Origin: Spirochaetia bacterium
Lineage (GTDB): Bacteria > Spirochaetota > Spirochaetia > UBA9216
Length of the DNA stretch: 64,000 bases
NCBI GenBank assembly: GCA_963677925.2
Contig: CAXXYH010000004.1
Coordinates: 1,120,001 to 1,184,000, forward strand
Direction of reading: 5' to 3'
Part shown: positions 40,176 to 48,729 of the stretch, piece by piece
Layout of the letters: the number at the start of each line of letters is the position of its first letter
Numbering within the stretch: position 1 is the first letter of the stretch
Translations under genes and position numbers: made by a program
The notes under the pieces: model-generated
Databases searched by the model: none
What the model was told of the DNA's origin: nothing
The model's input: only the letters and a program-made list of their open reading frames with translations

Positions 40176-40257
40176 CCCTAACAGCGAATATGCGGTTCTA
40201 CATGGCTTCAACCAAATTAGCCTGCGGCCAACTTCGCATATTCGCGGGACGTAATCT
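40176..40257 (+). repeat. attC-like site 22 (last site; GTT mutated to GTA)
   Basis: ccctaac-agcgaatatgcg...cgcatattcgc-gggac-gtaatct. Confidence 0.8.
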
Positions 40258-40375
40258 GAAATGCCACCGCGAAGATGTAGCTGCCCGGGTCTCCGGCCGG
40301 CGGGTGATTCTGCAGAGAAAGAATTAAAAACTGTCACGATATATCAAGGTCTATACTTTAAGTAGAGCTGAGTAT

Positions 40376-40860
40376 ATGTAAAACTGCAAAAATATTTCAG
40401 AATGGAAGATCTCAAGCCATTCAAATCCCGATAGAATATCAGTTTAAAGGTTATGAAGTATACATTAAAAAACATGGTGATGCTGTATTGCTGATTCCAC
40501 ATGAAAAAGTATGTGAATTAATAAAAGAAAGATCGAAAGAATATAATCCGGTTTATGATGGTCCTCAATTTAAAAATATTAATATCAAACCTTTCAGAAT
40601 AAATGAGTCTGCATCTGAAGAACTCTTTAAGATTAGATATTTTTTCAATCAAAATAAAAATACATTTTACTTTCTTTTCAAGAAAAAAGAGTTAATTGGT
40701 GCAACTCTATATCTGTGAAATTATATTCAATCGCTCTGCATTAACCGAAAGTACCAAAGAATGGGATATGGTGCTAAGCTAACAAAATTCGTTGTAAATA
40801 AAATACTATCAGATGGTCATGACAAGGTTACATTAAAAGTTGTAATTGAAAATATTCATA
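40376..40860 (+). pseudogene. Cassette 23 remnant: broken vapB-vapC copy fused to a GNAT fragment
   Basis: DNA similar to 33847-33978 joined to 34129-34170, then LYL*NYIQSLCINRKYQRMGYG. Confidence 0.8.
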
Positions 40861-40923
40861 ATTAATGTTATTAATTATAAGTTTGTCTTTTGTGACAGGC
40901 TAATTCAAAAGTAGGAGAAACGT

Positions 40924-41391
40924 ATGAGTTTCAAAAGCAAAAATGAATTAGGTCTATCTGACGTATGTTGTAAGAATTTTTTAAATGATTTAGAAACCGA
41001 AAATGTTTGGAGTTTTTTTCAAAGATTTGAAAAAGATTCAGACCCCACCGATTTAACTGTAGCCGAAGAGTCTTATTTTGATAATTTTCTGTTTTGTGAT
41101 CCAAGTAGTGCTAATTCAATTAAGAAAGAAGATTTCTTGAAATTTTTACCAATTATGACAACTAAATATAAAGAGTTGGGGTACAAAGATAAAAAGTTAA
41201 AAGGACTAGATGTCATCAAATTGAATGATTATTATCTATTAGTCAATGTTACCTGGAATATGATATTTGTAAAGAATGATTTATTAAATGAATATGATGA
41301 TATTAAAGCTACTTATATTTTAAAAAAAGAAAAAAATGGGCATAAAATTATATTTCATTTGGATCATCAAAAATTAAGTGAGATTGTCTAA
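40924..41391 (+). CDS. NTF2/SnoaL-like hypothetical protein
   Basis: LVNVTW...ATYILKKEKNGHKI pattern; RBS aggag. Confidence 0.6.
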   Translation: MSFKSKNELGLSDVCCKNFLNDLETENVWSFFQRFEKDSDPTDLTVAEESYFDNFLFCDPSSANSIKKEDFLKFLPIMTTKYKELGYKDKKLKGLDVIKLNDYYLLVNVTWNMIFVKNDLLNEYDDIKATYILKKEKNGHKIIFHLDHQKLSEIV

Positions 41392-41538
41392 AAAAAGATA
41401 AGAAATGAAGATAAATCCGTGACTCTTAATAATTAAAATTTCCTCAATCTTTTAAAGATAAAAAGTGAGAAAAATTCTTGCAAATCATGTAATAACATAG
41501 TAAGCTATATGTAATTACATCAATATTTAGGGGCCTCA

Positions 41539-41952
41539 ATGCGTATACCAATAATTAATATCGGAAATTCTAAGGGGATAAGGATTCCTCAGGCAATTCT
41601 TAAACAGGTTAGCTTTAGTGGTGAGATTGACTTAGAAATTGATAATGGAAAAATTGTTTTAAACAGATCCAATAGTCCCGATATAGTACCGGATTTTGAT
41701 TCAATACCGGAAATGGATGATATTACTATACAAAGAATGTTAAGAAAAATAACCGGTATGGATCTGATCACTTCCTTAATAGATGCAGATCAAAGTATTA
41801 AAGAAGCTGTCTATAGAAATCTATCAGAACGCGTTAGAAATTATGTGGTTTTAAAAGTAGAAAAGTTGGAGAAGGGAGATGCTAAAGATTTAATTATTGA
41901 GCAAAGCCGTAATGCTATAAGTGAAGCCTTTATGGATTTAAAAAATGAATAA
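41539..41952 (+). CDS. AbrB/MazE DNA-binding domain fused to a FliG C-terminal-like domain
   Basis: IGNSKGIRIP followed by FDSIPEMDDITIQRMLR...VYRNLSER. Confidence 0.75.
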   Translation: MRIPIINIGNSKGIRIPQAILKQVSFSGEIDLEIDNGKIVLNRSNSPDIVPDFDSIPEMDDITIQRMLRKITGMDLITSLIDADQSIKEAVYRNLSERVRNYVVLKVEKLEKGDAKDLIIEQSRNAISEAFMDLKNE

Positions 41953-42148
41953 AGTAAAGGAGGCTTTAATGGAGAATTTGAATAAGATAATGGAAATGAG
42001 TGACGGGCAAATTCAGGAATCTTTCGACTTATGCAAGGTCTGCAATTGAAAATTCTGTTAATAAATTTAAAAAAGCAGAAATAAAGATTTAGAGATACAA
42101 ACGAGTATTCAATTAATTAAAAGTTTAATTGAAAAAAAGGCAATTGCT

Positions 42149-42505
42149 ATGGATATTTTTAAAGCCATAAAAAATGGAAATATAGAATTTATTCGCAATT
42201 ACATTAAAAGTGGAAATGATTTAAGCATAAGAGATTAATATGAAATGACTCCACTGATTGTAGCAACTGATGAAGGTAGATTAGAGCTTGTTAAATTGCT
42301 GATAGAAGCCAAGGCTGATATAAATGATCAAGACACAGTCGGGCAGACTGCTTTGCATTTAGCTGCAGGCAGAAATTACACTGAAATCATAAAACTTTTA
42401 ATAAAAGCAAAAGCAAGAATAGATATTAAAGCTGTTAATCGTTTGACAGCATTTGAATATGCTACGGAAAATGGAATGAAAGAAGCTGCACTGCTTTTAA
42501 AGTAG
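42149..42505 (+). pseudogene. Ankyrin-repeat protein with an in-frame stop
   Basis: MDIFKAIKNGN...RD*YEMTPLIVA...GQTALHLAA; TAA at 42236-42238. Confidence 0.75.
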
Positions 42506-42662
42506 GTAGAGAAAATGAGAAATATGTGTATTCATTCCTTGGAACGGTTTATAATATGAGTCGGGATAAATTGATATCAGGCACTATTTAGAATTGTTAA
42601 AAAAAGAGGAATCCATAGCCGTATAGAAAGCTCTTGTTGTATATGCGGTTTTGAGTTATCTA

Positions 42663-43454
42663 ATGAAGATTGAAAACTTAATAAATTCATATGATTCAAC
42701 AGCTGAAGTTTATGATGAAGAAACAAGTACTTTTCATCATAAAATTTGTGAATTTCTCACAATAAAAAACATGCTTTTAGAATTACCTGAAGATACAAAT
42801 ATAAAAATATTAGATGCTGGCGGCGGCACGGGTAAATATTCAATTATTCTGAATGATTATGGATACTCTCCTGAACTAATTGATATAAGCAGTAAAAGTG
42901 TCGAGGTATTTAATAAGAAAATGGAACAAAGAGGACTGGCTCTCAAGTCGTTTGTATGCAATGCAGAATCAACTCCTTTTAAAAGAGAACGGTTTGATTT
43001 TATTATGATGAACGGCGGGGTGATTGGTTATACTCTTAATCCTTCAATGTTGCTCAAAGAAGTTCATAGAATTTTAAAAGCAGATGGTAAGCTCTGGTTT
43101 GATTTTCCTAACACATTAGGCTGGGCAATTGAAGTACAAGATCCGGGTTTGAAAATTGAATTATCTAAGGCTGATGATAAAATGATTCAGATGCCTGACT
43201 GGGATTATCCAGTAAGACTGTTTAGCTTGAGGAAGATTGAAAAGATGCTGAATGATGCAGGATTTGAGATAAAATCAAAATACGGATTAATTTTTTTGTC
43301 TAATTCCCTTCCTTTGAAAGAAAGATATTCAAAAAAATATAATCTTGAGTTGCTTGAAAAATATAAAATAGCCGAGCTGGAATTAAGCAGAAAAAAAGAT
43401 TGCGTAAGGGCCTCTTGGGCGTGTTCCATTTGTGCAAAAAAAATATTCCATTGA
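42663..43454 (+). CDS. Class I SAM-dependent methyltransferase
   Basis: ILDAGGGTG, IDIS, RILKADG. Confidence 0.88.
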   Translation: MKIENLINSYDSTAEVYDEETSTFHHKICEFLTIKNMLLELPEDTNIKILDAGGGTGKYSIILNDYGYSPELIDISSKSVEVFNKKMEQRGLALKSFVCNAESTPFKRERFDFIMMNGGVIGYTLNPSMLLKEVHRILKADGKLWFDFPNTLGWAIEVQDPGLKIELSKADDKMIQMPDWDYPVRLFSLRKIEKMLNDAGFEIKSKYGLIFLSNSLPLKERYSKKYNLELLEKYKIAELELSRKKDCVRASWACSICAKKIFH

Positions 43455-43486
43455 ATCACCTTGCGTTTCAGTAAAAGAGAGGTCTT

Positions 43487-43969
43487 ATGAGTAATGCAGT
43501 TTTAATTTTTTTTGCAATAGCAATAATAATGATTGTTGGTTTTTATAAAAATAAAAAATCAAAAAGCATCAGTACCCATGAAAGATTAGAGGATGAAGCG
43601 CTTGATTATAATCAGGAATTTATTGAAAATTCAGAGGGTAAAGATATTATCCCGTTTGTTCGAATTTTTGCACAATCAGATAAACTGATGCTCCGATCTC
43701 TGCTTTCTTCAGAAGGTGTATGCACATACATTACAAATGAAAACACAAACAATCTGTTTCCAGGCAGAATGGTACAGGGCTATACTGATACTGTAATATA
43801 TATTTTCAAAGAGGATCAGGCTATGGCTCGACCAATAATTGAAGACTATATTTTGAATCTTATTGAAAATATAAATCCGGAAATTAAAACAAAGGCAATA
43901 GATTTGGTTGCGGCAATGGCTTTGCTGCCTACCAGTATGAATCAGATATTACCGGAGTTTATTGATTGA
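43487..43969 (+). CDS. Membrane-anchored DUF2007-like protein
   Basis: N-terminal TM; LRSLLSSEGV..ITNEN pattern. Confidence 0.55.
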   Translation: MSNAVLIFFAIAIIMIVGFYKNKKSKSISTHERLEDEALDYNQEFIENSEGKDIIPFVRIFAQSDKLMLRSLLSSEGVCTYITNENTNNLFPGRMVQGYTDTVIYIFKEDQAMARPIIEDYILNLIENINPEIKTKAIDLVAAMALLPTSMNQILPEFID

Positions 43970-44826
43970 GTACTGAAATTTATTATTTTTCCGGTACAGG
44001 AAACTGTCTGTACACAGCCAGAATGATAGGGACAGAAAATAATTTTAAAGTAATCTCAATACCTCAGTTCCTGAAGAGCTCTGATAATACTGTACAGGCC
44101 GAACGGATAATTATTGTCTTTCCGTCATATCTGGCTGCTGCTTGCGGAGTTCCTCTGATTGTAGAAAGGTTCGTTAGGGCAATTGAGGATATTGAACTGA
44201 AAAAGATAACCGCTGTCTGTACATGCGGGGGGTATGAAATAGTAAACGCCAATCCTTCATTGATAAAGCTGAAAAAAATAATTGAATCGGCTGGGGGCAG
44301 GTTGGAAACAAGGTTTTCACTGCGGCTTCCGATGAATAACCTTGATTATGAACATATCCCGGTTCCTATAGAAAAAAGAACCGAGCATATATTAACGCAA
44401 GCCGAGTCAAAATTACAAAAAATCAGTAAACAAATTGGAAGCAGCACAGGGGGGCAATTTGAAATTTCGAATACATTATTCAATTTTATAATACAACCCC
44501 TTTTTAAAATAATGAAAAATGCTACATTAAACAGCTTGAGAGGATATGCAGAAGAGGTTAACCCTTCTTTAAGCTGTAATGAATTATTACCTCTGACAGA
44601 TAGAAGAATTAAAGTTAAGGAAAATTGTAACGGCTGTGGAGTCTGTGCAAGGATATGTCCTGTAGAAAATATTGAATTAATAAATGGAAGTCCCCAATTC
44701 ATGCACAAGTGTGAAGTGTGTTTTGCCTGTGATGAATGGTGTCCGCAGGGCGCTATACAGCACTGGGGCAGATCCCGCGGCGTTAAATACCATCATCCAA
44801 AGATAAAAATAAACGATATGTTTTAG
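43966..44826 (+). CDS. EFR1-type flavodoxin plus 4Fe-4S ferredoxin protein
   Basis: YFSGTGN; two CxxCxxCxxxCP motifs. Confidence 0.9.
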   Translation: MSTEIYYFSGTGNCLYTARMIGTENNFKVISIPQFLKSSDNTVQAERIIIVFPSYLAAACGVPLIVERFVRAIEDIELKKITAVCTCGGYEIVNANPSLIKLKKIIESAGGRLETRFSLRLPMNNLDYEHIPVPIEKRTEHILTQAESKLQKISKQIGSSTGGQFEISNTLFNFIIQPLFKIMKNATLNSLRGYAEEVNPSLSCNELLPLTDRRIKVKENCNGCGVCARICPVENIELINGSPQFMHKCEVCFACDEWCPQGAIQHWGRSRGVKYHHPKIKINDMF

Positions 44827-44872
44827 TTTCCTGCGAAGCAGGAACTTAGTATTATTCAATCAGGAGTGAATT

Positions 44873-45166
44873 ATGGGAATGCATTGTGTTGTCTTTCATT
44901 ATCCAGGACCAAAATGGCAGGATGAATATGATTTTAGAAATCAGCCTGGAATTATGGAACATGTGGAGCATTATTCAAAACTGATGGAGTCAGGGAAACT
45001 TCGAATGGGTGGACCCTTTTCTGATGCAGATTCCGGAGGGATGATGATTGCAGAAGATGGTGTTTCCATGGAAGAAATTGAAAAGTTTGCCTCCGACGAT
45101 CCAGCTGTAAAGAAAGGCCTGCTTACTTTTAAAGTAAGATTGTGGTATGTTCCTATGAGTAAATGA
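44873..45166 (+). CDS. YCII-related protein
   Basis: EHVEH...GGPF...DPAVKKG. Confidence 0.85.
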   Translation: MGMHCVVFHYPGPKWQDEYDFRNQPGIMEHVEHYSKLMESGKLRMGGPFSDADSGGMMIAEDGVSMEEIEKFASDDPAVKKGLLTFKVRLWYVPMSK

Positions 45167-45906
45167 AAAGAATAATTATCGCCGGTCTTCTGACTGTATT
45201 TGTTCTCGTAATAGCTGCAGCTGCTTCATTTCAGTACAGCAGGTCTTGGCAGAATGCCCTGTTTGTACACCCATTGTACCGGCTTCCGGGAGATGAAAAA
45301 GTTGTGGCACTTACCTTTGATGACGGGCCGTCTGAGAAAAGAACGCCGGCTCTTTTAGCTATGCTTGAAGAAAATAATGTTAAAGCTTCTTTTTTTATGC
45401 TTGGCGAAAATATTGAAAGATATCCTGATATCGCCCGGCAGGTGTATGAAAAGGGACATCTCATAGGAAATCACTCTTATGACCATCCGCGAATGATTTT
45501 TAAATCTTTCAGTTTTGTCAGAAATCAGATAACCAGGACCGACGGTCTTATTAAATCAGCAGGCCAGATTAATATTCAGTATTTTCGGCCGCCATATTCT
45601 TCAAAATATATTGTTCTGCCGCTGGTTCTTAAAGCAATGGATAAAACTCTTGTGACCGGTTCCTATGATCCGCCCTCTGAATATATCAGACCGTTTGATG
45701 CGGAAAAAGTTGCAGCCGAGGTTATTGAAAATGCAGAACCAGGTGCTGTGATCTATCTTCATGACGGCAAAGATTCTGATGTGCAAGAGTTTATTGAATC
45801 CGTTAGACTAATCATAAGCGGTCTTCGAGCTGAAGGTTATAGATTTGTAAGGCTTGATTATCAGAATGAGCATTTAAAAGAAAGCTTTGCACTTGAGATA
45901 CACTAA
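45163..45906 (+). CDS. Polysaccharide deacetylase (NodB family)
   Basis: LTFDDGP, NHSYDH, FRPPY, YLHD. Confidence 0.93.
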   Translation: MKRIIIAGLLTVFVLVIAAAASFQYSRSWQNALFVHPLYRLPGDEKVVALTFDDGPSEKRTPALLAMLEENNVKASFFMLGENIERYPDIARQVYEKGHLIGNHSYDHPRMIFKSFSFVRNQITRTDGLIKSAGQINIQYFRPPYSSKYIVLPLVLKAMDKTLVTGSYDPPSEYIRPFDAEKVAAEVIENAEPGAVIYLHDGKDSDVQEFIESVRLIISGLRAEGYRFVRLDYQNEHLKESFALEIH

Positions 45907-45947
45907 GCAGAACCGTATACTGGAGCCGGCAATCAAGGAGTACAATT

Positions 45948-46193
45948 ATGAAAATAGATAAAAATGAAATAATCAGACTGCTTAATGAAAAAAAGGCACT
46001 GCTTCCATGTCATAGATGTGGAACAGAAAACTTTACTGTAATGAACAGTTTTTCAAAGGTAATATTGCAGGATGATATAAACAGCGAGACTGATATAGAA
46101 GGAGCCTCTGTGCCCGTGGCAATAATTGCGTGCAGGAACTGTGGTGCTATTACTTTTCATGCCCTCGGCGCTCTCGGTGTTCTTCAGGGTTAA
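45948..46193 (+). CDS. Small zinc-ribbon protein
   Basis: CHRC and CRNCG; RBS aggag. Confidence 0.7.
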   Translation: MKIDKNEIIRLLNEKKALLPCHRCGTENFTVMNSFSKVILQDDINSETDIEGASVPVAIIACRNCGAITFHALGALGVLQG

Positions 46194-46202
46194 TAACTTT
46201 AA

Positions 46203-46643
46203 GTGATGATAAAAACAGCAGGAAAGGATGACCTGCATGATGTCCTGAAACTGTATTCACAGCTGCATCCTGATGAGGATTATTCTATTCCAGACCATTA
46301 TGCAGATACCTGGCTGCAGATTATTAAAGACCCTAAAATCAGCTGCCTGATAGCCTATTCTGATGAACAGCCGGTTTCCTCCTGTACGGTCTCTGTTATT
46401 CCCAACATCACCAGAAGCCAAAGACCCTTCGCTGTAATTGAGAATGTGGTAACCGACCAAGCTTTCCGCAGACAGGGCTACGCCCGGAGCATAATAATAA
46501 AAGCTGTTGAGCTTGCCCGTGAACAGAACTGCTATAAGGTTATGCTTCTCAGCAGTTCGGAACGTGAAGATGCACACCGGTTTTATGAGAAAATAGGATT
46601 TGACGGAAACTCCAAGAAGGGCTATCAGATGCGTCTTGCCTGA
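46203..46643 (+). CDS. GNAT acetyltransferase
   Basis: IENVVTDQAFRRQGYA...CYKVML...FYEKIGF. Confidence 0.92.
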   Translation: MMIKTAGKDDLHDVLKLYSQLHPDEDYSIPDHYADTWLQIIKDPKISCLIAYSDEQPVSSCTVSVIPNITRSQRPFAVIENVVTDQAFRRQGYARSIIIKAVELAREQNCYKVMLLSSSEREDAHRFYEKIGFDGNSKKGYQMRLA

Positions 46644-46664
46644 AAACACTAAAAAGGTTATTTC

Positions 46665-47177
46665 ATGGAAAAAGTTATATTTCATAAAGAAGGATTAAAT
46701 GTTGACGGGAAGGGGCATATAAGAACAGCAGTCAGGGCCGTAATTGTTCGGAACCGCAGTATCCTTGTGATTCACTCCGGCGTTAACGGAGATTATAAAT
46801 TTCCAGGCGGAGGACTGGAAACAGGTGAGAGCCATGAGCAGGCACTTACTCGGGAAGTAAGTGAAGAGTGCGGACTTGACGGCACTGAAGTTGGCGAACT
46901 GCTCGGGCATATTGCCGAGTATGATGCTCCTGTGGAAGAAGCCCTTGATTTTTTCAGGATGGATTCTTTCTATTACCGCTGCGGTATATCAAATACAATG
47001 ACCTCAGGACAAAATCTGGACCAATACGAAAAAGAGCTGGAGTTTACTCCGATCTGGGTGGATATTGAAACAGCCGTTAAAAACAATAAAAGAATAATTG
47101 AATCAAAAAACGATTTCCCCCGCTGGGTCATCAGAGATACTATGTTTCTAGAGTATCTTTTAAAACAGATAATTTAA
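46665..47177 (+). CDS. NUDIX hydrolase
   Basis: GGGLETGESHEQALTREVSEECG Nudix box. Confidence 0.92.
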   Translation: MEKVIFHKEGLNVDGKGHIRTAVRAVIVRNRSILVIHSGVNGDYKFPGGGLETGESHEQALTREVSEECGLDGTEVGELLGHIAEYDAPVEEALDFFRMDSFYYRCGISNTMTSGQNLDQYEKELEFTPIWVDIETAVKNNKRIIESKNDFPRWVIRDTMFLEYLLKQII

Positions 47178-48134
47178 AAGGTAAATCATCGCTGTCGAGA
47201 ATACGATCTGTCCGCCGAAAGTTATGAATCCTGTAAGCAGGGCTTTTTTGCCGCTTGTAAGCAGTGTCTTAAACCTGATATTCATTCCTGTCGCCGCCAT
47301 TGCAGTTATCAGGCTAAACTCCGAAATCCACTTTAAAATTGAAATTAACCGGGCAGGAATTATTCCGGTTGACGATACAATGGAAAATATTATAAACAAA
47401 ATGATGTAAACAGGAATTCCCGGAATCCTGCCTGTAGTTTTTGTTTTACCGGTTTTTCGAAAATTGAGAAGAATAACTATCGGAGATATCAGCAGAACCC
47501 TGCCCATTTTAACTATAGTTGCAATCTTGCCCGGTTCATCACCTATCGAAAATCCGGCAGCAGTAACCTGGCCTACCGCCTGAAGTGTATTGCCGATCAG
47601 CATTCCTGATTCCCTGTCGGAAAAACCCGGAAGTATAAGAGCAAGGAATGGCAGCAGGAAGATGCCAAGGGTTCCAAGCAGATTAATGATTCCTATCGAT
47701 ATGCCTGCGTACTCATCTTTTGTTTTAATGACGCCCTGGGCCGCCGCAATTGCAGAGCTCCCGCAGACTGCGTTGCCGATTCCTACCAGAAGGTTAAGCT
47801 CTCTATCCATTCCAAGCAGTTTTCCTGTAAACATTGAAAAGCTTATGGTAAAGGCAACACCGCATATAATCATGATGATGACCGGCAGTCCAAGTTCTAT
47901 GAGTATTGTGTAATTAAGACTGAAGCCCATTAGGGCAATTGCCACAGGAAGGAGTTTTTTTTCAGAGAATTTTATTCCGCCTGAAAGAGCATCAGGTATC
48001 TTTATCAGGTTTCCGATTATAATTCCTGCCAGTATGGCAATTGTGACACCGCCGATAATAAAAAAATCTGAGGTGATAAGCGCAAGCAGGGCAATGACAA
48101 GACAAAGGCCAAGCCCCGGCAGTATATTCAGCAT
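47160..48134 (-). CDS. YeiH-family membrane protein
   Basis: GNAVCGSSAIAA, QVTAAG, VKMGRV; many TM segments. Confidence 0.9.
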   Translation of the reverse strand: MLNILPGLGLCLVIALLALITSDFFIIGGVTIAILAGIIIGNLIKIPDALSGGIKFSEKKLLPVAIALMGFSLNYTILIELGLPVIIMIICGVAFTISFSMFTGKLLGMDRELNLLVGIGNAVCGSSAIAAAQGVIKTKDEYAGISIGIINLLGTLGIFLLPFLALILPGFSDRESGMLIGNTLQAVGQVTAAGFSIGDEPGKIATIVKMGRVLLISPIVILLNFRKTGKTKTTGRIPGIPVYIILFIIFSIVSSTGIIPARLISILKWISEFSLITAMAATGMNIRFKTLLTSGKKALLTGFITFGGQIVFSTAMIYLLNYLF

Positions 48135-48170
48135 GTATGTCTCCTCTCTGCATTATGATATAATTTTTAA

Positions 48171-48695
48171 ATGAAATATACAGCACTCTTAAGAGGAATA
48201 AATGTTGGCGGGAAACGTAAAGTTGATATGAAGATTCTCCGCAAACTTTTTGAAGAGGCATCGCTTAACGATGCCGAGACATATCTTAACTCGGGGAATG
48301 TGATTTTTAACTCTGACAGGGAAGCCTGTGAACTTACCGGGATTATTATGAAGCTGATTGAGGACGGGTTCGGCTTTGAGGTGCCGACTCTGGTTATTTC
48401 ACAGGATGAGATTAAGCGCATTGTGTCTCAAATTCCGGAATCATGGCAGAATGACTCAGAGCAGAAAACAGATGTAGCCTTTCTTTTCTCAGCTATCGAT
48501 TACCCGGAGATTATTGATGAACTTCCGGTTAAGAAGGATTATCTTGATATCTGCTACACGCCCGGCGCAGTTATCTTGCATGTGGAGCGTCAGGATCAGA
48601 ATAAAAGTCAGCTCAGCAAGCTGGCCGGTCACAAACATTACCGGCAGATGACTGTACGCAATATCAACACTGCAAGATATCTCTCCGGATTGTGA
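48171..48695 (+). CDS. DUF1697-family protein
   Basis: YTALLRGINVGG, TYLNSGNVIF, TVRNINT. Confidence 0.9.
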   Translation: MKYTALLRGINVGGKRKVDMKILRKLFEEASLNDAETYLNSGNVIFNSDREACELTGIIMKLIEDGFGFEVPTLVISQDEIKRIVSQIPESWQNDSEQKTDVAFLFSAIDYPEIIDELPVKKDYLDICYTPGAVILHVERQDQNKSQLSKLAGHKHYRQMTVRNINTARYLSGL

Positions 48696-48729
48696 TATTA
48701 TTATATCAAATGAAAACGGAGGATTAAAA

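Larger units (their letters stand above)
18043..40860 (+). mobile_element. Sedentary integron-like locus: recombinase plus 22 cassettes and a degenerate 23rd
   Basis: 22 related AAC...GTT palindromic spacers separate co-oriented AT-rich ORFs; sharp GC drop relative to the flanks. Confidence 0.93.

Noticed and set aside
20740-40260. CRISPR array interpretation of the recurring repeats
   Set aside because: The repeats are 80-325 bp, variable and separated by whole genes rather than 30-40 bp spacers; no cas genes are present.
19184-40260. Cassettes as MITEs or IS elements because of their terminal inverted repeats
   Set aside because: No target-site duplications or transposase were seen, the repeats differ for each unit, and all units join at a G|TTA next to an att-like core.
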